DNA of 64,000 nucleotides from Eledone cirrhosa (Eukaryota): NCBI GenBank assembly GCA_964016885.1, contig OZ024740.1, positions 213,714,001 to 213,778,000 of the forward strand, read 5' to 3'. Shown piece by piece: positions 44,300 to 56,872 of this stretch (position 1 is its first letter; each line of letters starts with the position of its first letter). The notes under the pieces were generated by a model. It saw only the letters and a program-made list of their open reading frames with translations, ran no database searches and was not told where the DNA came from. The position numbers and the translations under genes were made by a program.

Positions 44300-45545
44300 T
44301 TACGGGTGATGGCGAGGCTAAGGCGCTGAAACAACAGGCACCCTCACGGACATCACCTGACACCCAGTAGGGCAAGGTGATGGCGAGGCTAAAACACTGA
44401 ATCAATTAGGCACCCTCACGGGCATCACCTGACACCTCCCTACTCACCACCATCGGCACCCCGTAGCAGTGGAGACTTCTGGTATCCTTGGCCCTAGGAC
44501 CACCTCCCTACTTACCACCATCGCCCCAAGGAAAGAAAGCAGAATTATTCTTGGGGTGTAGACTTTCTCCAGCGGCAACCTGGTACAGTCTGTGACTAAT
44601 CCAGGCTCTGCTGCACTTCGGTAAGGCCGAGGAGGGTAATCTCTCCAATTATCTGTCCCTCTCCGACAGGTTTGGGGTCAAGCTCATAACAGTGGAGACT
44701 TCTGGTATCCTTGGCCCTAGGACCACCTCCCTACTCACCACCATCGGCACCCCGTAGCAGTGGAGACTTCTGGTATCCTTGGCCCTAGGACCACCTCCCT
44801 ACTCACCACCATCGGCACCCCGTAGCAGTAGAGACTTCTGGTATCCTTGGTCCTAAGACCACCTCCCTACTCACCTCCATCGGCACCCCGTAACAGTGGA
44901 GACTTCTGGTATCCTTGGTCCTAGGACCACCTCCTTACTCACCACCATCAGCACCCCGTAGCAGTGGAGACTTCTGGTATCCTTGGCCCTAGGACCACCT
45001 CCTTACTCCACCATCGGCACCCCGTAGCAGTGGAGACTTCTGGTATCCTTGGCCCTAGGACCACCTCCCTACTCACCTCCATCGGCACCCCGTAGCAGTG
45101 GAGACTTCTGGTATCCTTGGCCCTAGGACCACCTCCCTACTCACCACCATCGGCACCCCGTACCAGTGGAGACTTCTGGTATCCTTGGCCCTAGGACCAC
45201 CTCCCTACTCACCACCATCGGCACCCCGTAGCAGTGGAGACTTCTGGTATCCTTGGCCCTAGGACCACCTCCCTACTCACCACCATCGGCACCCCGTAGC
45301 AGTGGAGACTTCTGGTATCCTTGGTCCTAGGACCACCTCCTTACTCCACCATCGGAACGGAGCTGGCTACCCGCAGGTGTGAGCCTTGCGAGCTGGAATG
45401 GCTCTTCCAACGAGTCTCCCTCAACATCCTCTGGGGAAACGTCTTCTCTATTTTGTTCGCCGGGGCCACGGGGCGGCCAGCATGTGGAGCCCCCCATTTG
45501 TTTATAATAGTGGGAGATGAGGAGAGCGAGAGAGACGGAGGTAGT
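44300..45545 (+). mobile_element. Decayed CRE-like LINE (family A), REL-endonuclease region and 3'UTR
   Basis: Remnants GDG..RHPHGIT, FSSGNLVQSVTNPGSAA, AEEGNLSNYLSLSDRF..VETSGILGPRTTSLLTTIG, ELATRRCEP.ELEWLFQRVSLNILWGNVFSI. Confidence 0.8.
44692..45355 (+). repeat. 68-bp minisatellite (10 copies plus one at 44469) inside the CRE-like element
   Basis: Unit starts at 44692, 44760, 44828, 44896, 44964, 45030, 45098, 45166, 45234 and 45302. Confidence 0.95.
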
Positions 45546-45872
45546 AAGTGAAAGAGAGAGCTGGGGAGAGTGAGGGGATGGAGGTAGTGAGTGAAAGAGA
45601 GAGATGGGGAGAGCGAGAGAGACGGAGGTAGTGAGTGAAAGAGAGAGCTGGGGAGAGTGAGGGGATGGAGGTAGTGAGTGAAAGAGAGAGATGGGGAGAG
45701 CGAGAGAGACGGAGGTAGTGAGTGAAAGAGAGAGATGGGGAGAGTGAGGAGATGGAGGTAGTGAGTGAAAGAGAGAGATGGGGAGAGCGAGAGAGACGGA
45801 GGTAGTAAGTGAAAGAGAGAGCTGGGGAGCGTGAGGAGACGGAGGTAGTGAGTGAAAGAGAGAGATGGGGAG

Positions 45873-45908
<36 letters not shown>

Positions 45909-45965
45909 AGGCAGTGAATGAAAGAAAGAGATGGGGAGAGCGAGAGAGACTGAGGTAGTGAGGGA
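45515..45965 (+). repeat. 87-bp higher-order purine-rich repeat (44+43-bp subunits) derived from the CRE-like 3'UTR
   Basis: Unit gatggggagagcgagagagacggaggtagtgagtgaaagagaga. The seed occurs single-copy at ~55050-55078. Confidence 0.85.
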
Positions 45966-46117
45966 GAACATCAAGGCTCACACACACATTTTCTCAGAAA
46001 GACATTTCTAATTATGTTAGCAATAATTTCAAATGACATTTTTATTCTTTCTAATCCTTTTCAGTGATATTCCGTGGATTCCCTTGTTTAACAAACCTCC
46101 CATTATTTTGTTTATAT

Positions 46118-46860
46118 CAAAGGTTCTCAACGGGGGGGGGGGGGCATATGCACCCCCGGGGGGGCGTTTCGGAACTCCAGGGGGGGCGTTTGGGAGCAGG
46201 GTCGCGTTAGGGGGGGGGGGGGCGTTTGGAGTTGGGGGGGGGGTTAGGGGGCGCTGGAAGGCTCTTTATTTTGGTAAGTTTTATAAGCCATATTTGTATG
46301 TTTTTGAGACAGCCAGTGTGAATGCATTTGAATCAGCTTGCAGACAGCATAACTATAGTCTGACCGCAGCTGTGAGCAGGTGTGCAGGCATGTCCGGTAA
46401 TTGAGATCCTAAAAATGGAAAAACCCACAGTCAACTGGGTCAAAGACACTTTGAGCGCAGCCAGTTAGAATCTTATCTTTCCTTCACCGATAACAATGTA
46501 TTTCATGCCTGAAATTATTGACTCAACCGTAACGAGTTAACACTATGTAGATCTATTTTATTCCCTATTGTATAAATAATATTACAAATAAAAAAAAAAA
46601 GAAAAGAAAAAACAGAAGCGAGTAGCACACACATCTAGGACCACATACAACACATAATCAGATAATACACACATCTAGGACCACATACAACACATAATCA
46701 GATAATACACACATCTTTGGAATATTGTTAATCAATTTTTTAGTAATCTACTGATATAAAAATCAGTAGTATATTGAAAAATAGAAAAATAGGCGGGGGG
46801 GGGGGGGTGATTTCGAGGGACAAAAGGGGGCGTTTGGCCTAAATGGGTTGAGAACCTGTG
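46118..46860. mobile_element. hAT MITE
   Basis: TIRs caaaggttctcaac / gttgagaacctgtg (13/14). Perfect 8-bp TSD gtttatat at 46110-46117 and 46861-46868. Confidence 0.88.
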
Positions 46861-46916
46861 GTTTATATGAATCATCTATTTCAATTCTTCGCCTTTTCCC
46901 CTTCTAATCCTTTTTT

Positions 46917-47136
46917 CTATATATTACACAGATCCAGAGAGCAACAGTAATTGATAACCTCACTAATCTCCGTTGATGAAACATAATCTAAATCCACATT
47001 AATGGATAAGCCAATACCCTGTACTTTTATATACACTCACGTCTATACACCCAAAATATACACACCTGTCCTGACACAAATCCACATACTCTCGGATCCC
47101 AAATAATAGGGGGTGGGTGGAAAATCGATATTTCTT
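46917..47136 (-). pseudogene. Ly6/uPAR (three-finger)-like C-terminal coding segment, gene or pseudogene
   Basis: 47136-47041 KKYRFSTHPLLFGIREYVDLCQDRCVYFGCID; 47018-46917 GIGLSINVDLDYVSSTEISEVINYCCSLDLCNI*. CCxxDxCN is the LU-domain signature. The two parts are separated by a 22-nt gtgagt...tacag element. Confidence 0.5.
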
Positions 47137-47662
47137 CTAGGTTGTCTCCGTTGATTAAAAAAACAAACAAACAACAGAATTAGTCGTTTAGTTTACATAT
47201 TGAGACCCCAACCCATCCTATTTATTATATAACAAATGGGATTTCTAGTAATGTTCTTTGTTGTCATGTATAATTTTCTTTTTATTAATGTCTAAAGAAA
47301 ATGAAATTGTTGCAGGAATGCTACAACATAAAATAAAATTTCGCCGGAGATAGATAATCAAAATTTAATAAGCGGGGTGGTGGTGGGTCATTATTCGAGG
47401 TCCGAGAGTACAAACAAATATATCGCAATGTATATATGTTCAGAAATGGTAAGAATGTTTTTAAAGTTCAGAATATTTTAAAGGTTAATATAAACTTAAA
47501 AGTGTTCCATTTTAAAAACACTTGGATTACAACCAAAACAAATACATTTAGTTAACCTAGAAGTATCCACGCTAAAACGAAGCTAATTCGTTTCGGTATT
47601 TCAAGGAAACAAGGTGTAATTTCTTTTTACATTCCCCCATTGTCGTTAGTTTCATTTTTAAC

Positions 47663-47915
47663 CACGCCACACATCACAACAGACACACATATATCACAAC
47701 AGACACACATATATCACAACATACACACATCACACAACACGCACATACACCACACCACGCACACATCACCCACCACAACACACCACGCACACATCACATA
47801 CCACACACACCACACATACTACACAACACACACACTATACACCACGCACACCTCACACACCCTACATATACTACACACCACGCCCACATCACATACACTA
47901 CACAACACACCACAC
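47663..47915. repeat. Degenerate CA-rich low-complexity tract
   Basis: Direct. Confidence 0.9.
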
Positions 47916-48094
47916 AAGCGAATTTGCAGAGTCGTTAGAGCGTCGGATAGTAAGATTCTATAGATACATTTTTGTCAATCAATACTTGACTAATCAATCG
48001 AACCCATCATTGATAAGTTGGTAAATTTTTTTTAGTAAATTTATTTTCAAAAGATAAAGAAATATGAGAAAGAAAGATAAAAGCCAAATTAAGT

Positions 48095-48435
48095 AATGAG
48101 AAGAAGAGGGAAGGGTAAGGAAAGGTAGATCTGGGTGTACGGGAAAGTAGAGGAAAGGACTATAGAGGTCGTAAATGAGAGGAAAAGGAGGGACTCTAAG
48201 GCCACAGAAGAAAGCGGTGGGGAGAGAGATGGGCTTTTGGCGTAGGGTGCGGCGGTGTTGCATCCCGCGGACAAGACCACAAAAGCATTTTCGCGGACAA
48301 TGGCTAGTGGCACCTGCCGCAACAGCCACCCCCACCTCGCGGGGCTCCTTCCATACACGGGTTACTGACGTTCCGATCTTGTGGAAGAGCTCGTTAGTAT
48401 GGGGTCCGAGTACGCCTGAGGTCTCGAGGGCCTAG
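48095..48435 (-). mobile_element. CRE-like LINE 3' end (family B)
   Basis: Minus strand ALETSGVLGPHTNELFHKIGTSVT...GWLLRQVPLAIVRENAFVVLSAG plus family-B 3'UTR. Confidence 0.8.
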
Positions 48436-48857
48436 CTCTCCGCAACTGACTTCAATTGCCTTTCATCCCTTCGGCGTACCAGTCAAGGGCGGTGGATTGG
48501 TGGAATTGTGAGAGCATCAAACATGATGTCTTGTGATATATCTATTTCGGACTTGTGTGTTCTGAGCCCGCCCGCGGCGACAGTGGTGCCAAGATGTATG
48601 AGCCCTTGTTTTTTTTCCTTGTAAAACATCCGTGGCATGGAGTGGAGAGATTTACATGCACGGGCGACTGCTGGTCTTTTTCACACAAACTTGTATCATA
48701 GCCACAATTAATTTCTAATTAGTTATAGAGTATCTCCAAAAACAATTCGTTTAAGTAAATGTTGATGTACCCTACGAAGTACGTTTTTCTACTTCTCGTT
48801 TTTTTCCCCCCGCAACTATTTTGCCATAGAACTATTACCGGACAACATGGATCAATA

Positions 48858-49047
48858 AGGCGGGGGATTGGCAGTATCAGTAGAAGGGCGGACGCCATGC
48901 TTTGCAGCATAGAGTTAGGCACATTTATGGTGTGAGTTCAAATCCCGCCGAAGTTCACTTTGCCTTTCATCCTTACGGGGTCGATAAAATAAAGTACCAG
49001 TAATGTACTGGAGTAACTGCTGGCCTTGTGCCAATAGTAGAAACAAT
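48858..49047 (+). mobile_element. SINE family A
   Basis: Head and core motifs. Confidence 0.9.
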
Positions 49048-50130
49048 TATTGTATATTGATAAAAATTATTCATATATATATTTGTTTTGCAAGGTTTTT
49101 TATATGAAATCGTGTGTCGTAACAAATATTGTTATACTTGGGGAGGGTCATATTGTTGTAATGATATTGCCAGAAATAATAACAGAACACACTCACTGTT
49201 TGGTTGGTTTTCGCTTCTGTATCTTTTATATCTCCATATATATATTTACAGGGTGTCCCTAAAAAGTTTATACACACTTTGATTACTTGTACAGGCAATA
49301 TTTATTAGAATGCTGTTGAAGTGTGTCTACATTTTTTTTTGGGGGGGGGGGGTATATATAGATATATATTAATTCAATATATAGATATATATTAATTCAA
49401 AATATTAACAAAAATAGACATTCGTGCGATCAAGTATATTTTATTATACATATTTCAGAGGAGTCTGAAATATGTATAATAAAATATACTCGATCACACG
49501 AATGTCTATTTTTGTTAATATTTTGAATTAATATTAATAACTCCGGAAAACCATATTAGTTGAGTGCTTCCAATCTATTGTAAAACTCATTCTTTGATTT
49601 ATTCATTGAACCTTGTTTAACCTTTAAATATATATATATATATATATATACTTGAATGATAATCTTACTGAACGACACTAAATTTTAAGTTCTTCTTTAC
49701 CGTTCCTCTGAATTTTAGTAAACAAATATTATTTTCTAGCAGCAATACAATAGCTTCTAAAAAAAATATAATTTGCCTGGATTTATTTCATCTATTAACC
49801 AACATATTCAATAACCTGTGTAAATATAGAAAATCCATGATAATCCTTTTCGTGTGTTTTTTTTTATAATACAATTATAAAAATATTCCTTGTTCGTTTT
49901 CCGTTTCTTATATTCAAGTTCCAATTTTAGGAAACTATCAGGAAAAAGTAACTGATGGAACCGAGTTGAAAGACAATCTGAATGTCAGCATCACTATATA
50001 GATACATTTTTTTTTTCATTTCTAGATAGGTTGTATTTAAATTGTTCTGTAGTAGAAATTCCTCTAAAACCTCTTGGTCAACCGGCAACTCCAGTTTCCG
50101 ACATATAACACCAGTACTACTACTAGCATC

Positions 50131-50268
50131 ATGTCACGGCCATCCAGCCGCCCGGGCAGTACGCCATCAAGCAGACGAGCTAGTATAAGTCCCTGCAAGG
50201 TCACTGCCGCAAGCATGAAAAACCGGTTCATGCTATATTTTTATCCTGTGTCATTCTACTCACAAAAG
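50131..50268 (+). CDS. GDAP1: GDAP1-like (GST family) coding exon 1
   Basis: MSRPSS...KNRFMLYFYPVSFYSQK|gtaagc matches the GDAP1 LxLY...SFxSQK motif. Phase 0. A possible acceptor at 50025 suggests an upstream UTR exon. Confidence 0.85.
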
Positions 50269-52900
50269 GTAAGCTGTCTGACTATATATTTATATATTTC
50301 CACGAAAATTATTTCAAAAATATAACAATTAACAGCTACTTTGCGTGATTAGTAACACTAATTAGAAACGTATTTTCTCTGTTAAAAAGTAGAATCTGAA
50401 AGTTATTTGTTGTTTTAATCCGCTTGTTGATATTAAATGTTACTTACATTAAGAAGAAAAGTTATTTATTCTAATTGAATATTTTTGTCGTTTAGTTATT
50501 CTGTTGGTGAGAAAATTATATTAATTAATCTCTTTAATTACTTTTTGAAATGTTTCTGAAATACGAGATCGAAGACATATTTATATTTAAAATTAAAACT
50601 AGCTTACTTTTCAAACATACTGGAACTATAATTCTATATTTTATTTTATATTTCTTCTGTTACATTCCATTAATTTTTATATACTCAATGAAAAACATGC
50701 CTCGTTCATTTTCGATTCATTATCCCGGCTTGTATAGAACCTGTTTAGAAACTTCAGTCATTCGAACTCCCATACAGACGTTTAGTTATAGTGAACTTAT
50801 GAAAATTGACAGAATTTCATCTGGTTGTTTTAAAATTATAACATTATTCTGAAACATCTGTAGTCCCCCCCCCCCCCCCCCACAGAGGTGGGGTAGCACC
50901 ACGTTGCAGCATGCTTTTCAGAATTGGTTGCTTAACCAGAATATGTAATCCACATGACCAGATGGTGGATATAAATTTAGACAAAGCTTATAGCAATCTT
51001 TATATATAGAAGTGTGGACAGACTTATCAAAATAGTTTTATATATAATTCACATTTTTTTGTTAAAAATGAATTGTTCAGGTAAATTCATCAACTCTGAA
51101 TAGATATTTATTTTAACCAAAATGTTTTTTATTAAAACCGAATATAGATATAGTTATTTACAGTTGTATAAATATTACAAATCTTTACAGAATGAAAATA
51201 TAAACATAAAAAATACAATTATTTATTGCTAGGAACCTCATAAATATCATACCCCCGACCATCCTCAACAAGTAGACGAGGGGCTGAAATATTATATACT
51301 ATATACATTGCAGCCCCTTGTATATATTATATACCATATAATATATCAACACGGTACCTGAGTAGATAGAAATAGTTAGGTTTGTAGAACATTAATTCTG
51401 TATTAAAATTCACAAATACAAAAAAAAAACCCACGTTTTATACTATAGAATGACTGTGAAATGAGTCGGAAATATAAAGACTGCGACTTTTGTCATTGTT
51501 TAATAAATGGTAACAAATATGTTATCTTTAGTTAAATAAATAATAAAGAAATCTATCTTTAGTTTATTCACAATTGTATAATTCTTACAGAATGAAAATA
51601 GACACATAATATAATACTTATATATATAAGATTAAACAAAAGAACCATCAATTCAACACCAAGTGTGTTATCTAAATTAGAAATCACCAAATCAGGGTCC
51701 TTTGATATTAAAATAACTGAAAACAATGTGTAATTATATATAATAATTAAAACATAATAATAAAGACGGTCCCATAAATAATAAAGATTAACACAATTTG
51801 ATAAAAACGTTATGTCAATTATAGCGAGGGTGCCCGTATATTGGTTTATATAAGCAATTATATTAAATAAAAATATATTACATTTAGATCCAAGACTTGG
51901 CATTTTAAGGGGTGATACTATGGTAACCAAATTGATCACAAAATATGGCTGGGACTTTTTCTTTTAATCGCCATCGGAAGAAATAAAACTCAGAAGATTA
52001 AAGAACGAAAGTTTAAAAATAAAACGATTCCAACCATTTAGTCGTGCATTCTACTGTTTTAATGGTAGTAAATATGTTGAGTATACGCCCCTCATCTTAA
52101 ATGAACTTCCGTTATTTGTCATGTTGCAATGAAAAAAGACAAGAGTAGGGCTTCACATATGTAATGTATGGTCCAATCGTGCATTTTGTAGGCAGAGCCC
52201 CTCCTCTCAGTTACTTTTCACCAACACTACTACTGATAATAGAACAAAAGTATTAGAGAGGTTCGCTAAAAACACTAGTCTAATTTGTAAGTGGTATTTC
52301 TAACCCCTTCATTACGGAGTCACACATTAGATCGCTGGAACATAAATGAAGATTCATTATGATTATTAAGTAGGCTATGTAAGTGCCCAAAAATTTTGCA
52401 AGCTGTCCAGGACTTGGTGAGGTGTATATAATAGCTGTCCAGCTTGAACATATATTGATGGGTCCGTGTAGAGAGAAAGAGGTATTAGTTTTGGAATGTT
52501 GGCGTAGACGATAAACCTCCTAATGTAACCCTAAGTCTCTGGATAATGTAGTTCTAGAAACTGAGGGAGTGGGGAAGAATCTACTCACGCCCGTGACAAT
52601 ATTTGTCTGCTTAATTAGGGCAGACATGGAACTAAATAACACTAATTCAGGAAATAATTAATTAGGAGAAATATTTAATACGGATGTGAGACGTTGTTGA
52701 GATGGAAGATGCGTGTCAAGTGAACTTGGTTGGCGGACATATGACACTAACTAGTCCAAAGGAACAAAAGCTGTTGTTAGTAACATCAAAGAGGAGACCA
52801 TTTGTAATGTTATGTTGGAGCGAATCTTTAGAGATCAATTGAGTCGTGTTTAGATTCAGTCAAGTATATTTGTGTGTAGCAATAGAAACACCACCCCAGA

Positions 52901-53106
52901 TACGAGGCTGGGCAGAAAAGTTCATTGACTGACTATGAAGGATTGGTGTTAGTGCTGTGAAATCTTGCATGTATTAATTTCAACTCTTCTTATTAATAAC
53001 TAACTGCATTGTTTCTTTCCAGGTACTATGTTGAAACATAAAACTCATTTGGTCATTCCATGAGAGTATCTTGGTCAGCCTATGAACTTTTCAGTCGACC
53101 CTCGTA
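52901..53106. mobile_element. Tc1/mariner-type MITE
   Basis: TA-cgagg...gaaaagttcat / atgaacttttc...cctcg-TA. Confidence 0.82.
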
Positions 53107-53429
53107 TATGAATTGTACTCTAATGTAATGTTTATCTAAACTTTGTAAATGGTTGTCTATAATATTTTGGGGGTGTAGTGAAATGTAGGGTTAAGTCAAC
53201 CCAACACAGTATAATCACCACGACAAATAAAATTTATCTTGTTTCCATACATCGGACCAACAAGAGAGTGTGGGTGTGTATTTACGTAGACAATTGATCT
53301 GTTACAAATAACAGCTCAATCCTCCTCAAACAGTTCTCTACTGCCTTAAAAGTGGGGGGATATAATGTAGTTCTAGATACGTGTGCTAAATAACACTTAG
53401 GTTCGTTCTATTAAACAATTCCTAACACG

Positions 53430-53488
<59 letters not shown>

Positions 53489-54904
53489 CTCTATCTATAT
53501 ATATATCTGCACCAAGTGCAACAATGACTGTCACACGCGCATCTGTCTGTAATCACAGCAGACGATGCCAGTGACTAGACATAACTACAGTTGCATTGAG
53601 CATGGTCTTCCGAGACTGAGCTGCCAATGGTTATATATATATATATATATAGGAACAGTCCCGTGTTTAATATCATATAACAAATATGTAAGATTAAATA
53701 GAAGTACATACATGTACTCAATTATTGCTGGGAACCTTAGAAATATAATACACAAAAATATACAATTAAAAAGAAAAACAAAATATGTATGTGAGAAAGA
53801 GAATTGCACATTTTTGCCGGTTTTCAAAAATGAAGAAGACAATTGCCTTCTTCTGTGGCCCTAGAGTCCTTGTTTCCCCCCCCCCCCTCCGTTTCCTCTC
53901 ATTTATAGCTTTTATTGCCAACATATATAATACAATTTAATATTATACTTATGAAATTTGAGGTTTCGTATTTTAAATGTTTCGTATTTTAAGGCTTACA
54001 TTTGAAATAAATTTAAGGGTAATTTTTTGTTTTGTTTAAAATAACATTTAAGTGACAATATTTAAAAAAAAACCCCAATAATTCCAACATAAATTAAAGC
54101 TACGATAGTTTTTGTCGATATCAATGTTTTCTGAAAGTTTAGAATGAAATTAAAACTTTATGGTAGAATTTAATTTTTTTAACAAGCACCCTGTTTTGAG
54201 AAAAACTGTTTTTAATTCTAATTTATTTTTTAGTGGTGTACAATTTTAGGAACGGATGATATGCAAGGGTCGCCAGATAATAGGAAGTTGAAATTAATGC
54301 ATACAAGATTTCATAGCTCTAGCATCACTCATTCACAGTCAGCCTATAAATTTTTCAGCCGATTCTCGTATATGAAAAGGAGAATAAGAGTTATCGTACT
54401 TGGTCGACCTAAAAGCGAGAACATGTTTCGTTTCTCAACCTACTCGTGTTTATTATTATAGTGAGGTCGATAAAATAAAGCACCAGTAACGTACTGGAGT
54501 AGATTTAATCAACTTTCTCCTCTTCCAAAATTGTTGGCCTTGTGCTTAAATCAGAAACCATTATTATAGCTCACCATATCTAGGACCAGCTGTCCGTAGA
54601 AACTCCTATAATTATATCAGATGTAGTTAGTAATGTAATTATTAGGCTACACATTAGAGCCACTTAATAGTCACATTTAGGTAGCGATACATAGTAATTA
54701 TAGTTAATGTCGGTGTAATAAAGTAGGAGAGTAAGAACGTCAAGTGTTTAACACTTCAGTCTTTTATAATGTGTTACTCTCTGTCATTAGCAACGAATTG
54801 CGATAATTTAGTTCCTTTCTAACACTTATACCTTGCTGACGCCCAGAATCGAAATACAATAGTTACTTTAAAATAATTTGAATTGAGAAATTAACGGTAC
54901 AAAC

Positions 54905-55078
54905 GTTAGCTACCCACAAGTGTGTGGCTCGCGAGCTAGAATGGTTTTTCCAACGTATCTCCCTCATCATTCTCTGGGAAAACACCCTCTCTATTCTGTC
55001 CGCCTGGGCGACTAGCCTCTCCCCCCCCCCCCATTTACTTATGATAGTGAGAGATGGGGAAAGAGACGGAGGCAGTGA
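54905..55078 (+). mobile_element. CRE-like family A 3' fragment
   Basis: RELEWFFQRISLIILWENTLSILSA plus 3'UTR seed. Confidence 0.75.
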
Positions 55079-55399
55079 CTACCCTTCAGATAAAACGTGG
55101 AAAATTCGTCAGATAGGATTTCACTGTTTATTACGTTTTATTTTGTTTGTTTTAATTTAATATCAAAGTATATGTAACAGAGAGTAATCACAAGATGGTA
55201 CTCTACACCACTGATGGTATCCCACCCAAATATTTAACAGTTCAATTGGTAATACAGTGAATTAACAAACTAACTGGGAATGGATTTCATTGCACAATAG
55301 TAATTAATTTTCGTTCATATAAACCTAACATCAACTGGTTTTTATTAATGGAATAAATAACTCACTATCTTCAATTCGGTATTTGTGCCAAATGTTACC

Positions 55400-55733
55400 A
55401 ATGGTCATGAATCTTGGGTAATGACTGAAAGAATACAAGAGCCACAATGGGATTCCTTTGAAAGGTTTTTAGAGTAACATTACTTGATAGTGCATAGCTT
55501 GGAGATCCTGGTACTATGGGCATGTGGTTAGAATATTTCAGGAAAGAATCGCAGGAGACCCTGGAGTAGACCTCGAGCAAGATGGTTGCATAACATCTGT
55601 GAGTTTCGCTGGTCTCGCTTGGGAATCCAGTCAGATCAGTTGGAGACAGTTGCTTCTGACAGGACTCTCTGGAAGGAGTAGTTGAGGACTTTCCCCCACG
55701 ATATTCTTAGGAATAAGTGGGCGAAGAAGAAGG
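55400..55733 (+). mobile_element. RTE-clade LINE 3' fragment (internally deleted)
   Basis: Homologous to 42193-42617. Confidence 0.8.
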
Positions 55734-56045
55734 AATAAATTGTGCTCTGACAAAGATATACTAAGAATTTTTACCTAAAATGTCCATCTCAGACTTGGTT
55801 AACCGTGTAATGGTCCACGTTGAGCAAATATTTGCTTTTGGGTCATTAGTACTGTGAAATTCTAATATTTTATGTTACTAGCAAGAACACTTGTTAAAGA
55901 GGTCTAAAGAGCTAAACCAGTTTAATTATTGCAACAATTGTGGATAATTACATTGTGTTATATATAGGCATTATATTGGACTATTTCACCAAATCCTCAG
56001 AACTACATTATACTGTCTGTTTATAATGTTAATATTAAAGCTGAA

Positions 56046-56872
56046 CAGTTTCACACTGTAAAGTAGTCGTGTTGGTGTCATGACAAAAAGTACCCAGTCC
56101 ACACTGTAAAGTAGTCGTGTTGGTGTCATGACAAAAAGTACCCAGTCCACACTGTAAAGTGGTCGTGTTGGTGTCATGACAAAAAGTACCCAGTCCACAC
56201 TGTAAAGTGGTCGTGTTGGTGTCATGACCAAAAGTACCCAGTCCACACTGTAAAGTGGTCGTATTGGTGTCATGACCAAAAGTACCCAGTCCACACTGTA
56301 AAGTGGTCGTGTTGGTGTCATGACCAAAAGTACCCAGTCCACACTGTAAAGTGGTCGTGTTGGTGTCATGACCAAAAGTACCCAGTCCACACTGTAAAGT
56401 GGTCGTGTTGGTGTCATGACCAAAAGTACCCAGTCCACACTGTAAAGTGGTCGTGTTGGTGTCATGACCAAAAGTACCCAGTCCACACTGTAAAGTGGTC
56501 GTGTTGGTGTCATGACCAAAAGTACCCAGTCCACACTGTAAAGTGGTCGTGTTGGTGTCATGACCAAAAGTACCCAGTCCACACTGTAAAGTGGTCGTGT
56601 TGGTGTCATGACCAAAAGTACCCAGTCCACACTGTAAAGTGGTCGTGTTGGTGTCATGACCAAAAGTATCCAGTCCACACTGTAAAGTGGTCGTGTTGGT
56701 GTCATGACCAAAAGTATCCAGTCCACACTGTAAAGTGGTCGTGTTGGTGTCATGACCAAAAGTATCCAGTCCACACTGTAAAGTGGTCGTGTTGGTGTCA
56801 TGGTAAAAAGTACCCAGTCTACACTGTAAAGTGGTTGTGTTGGTGATATGATAAAAAGTGCCCAGTCCACAC
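56046..56872. repeat. 48-bp minisatellite, ~17 near-identical copies
   Basis: Unit ccagtccacactgtaaagtggtcgtgttggtgtcatgaccaaaagtac. Confidence 0.97.

Noticed and set aside
44692-45355. CRISPR-like regular array
   Set aside because: Units are contiguous with no unique spacers, there are no cas genes, and the context is eukaryotic. The same applies to the other tandem arrays.
52286-52598. Solo-LTR-like segment (tgtaag...gtgaca)
   Set aside because: Flanks taatt/atatt are not a clean TSD and there is no second copy or internal domain.
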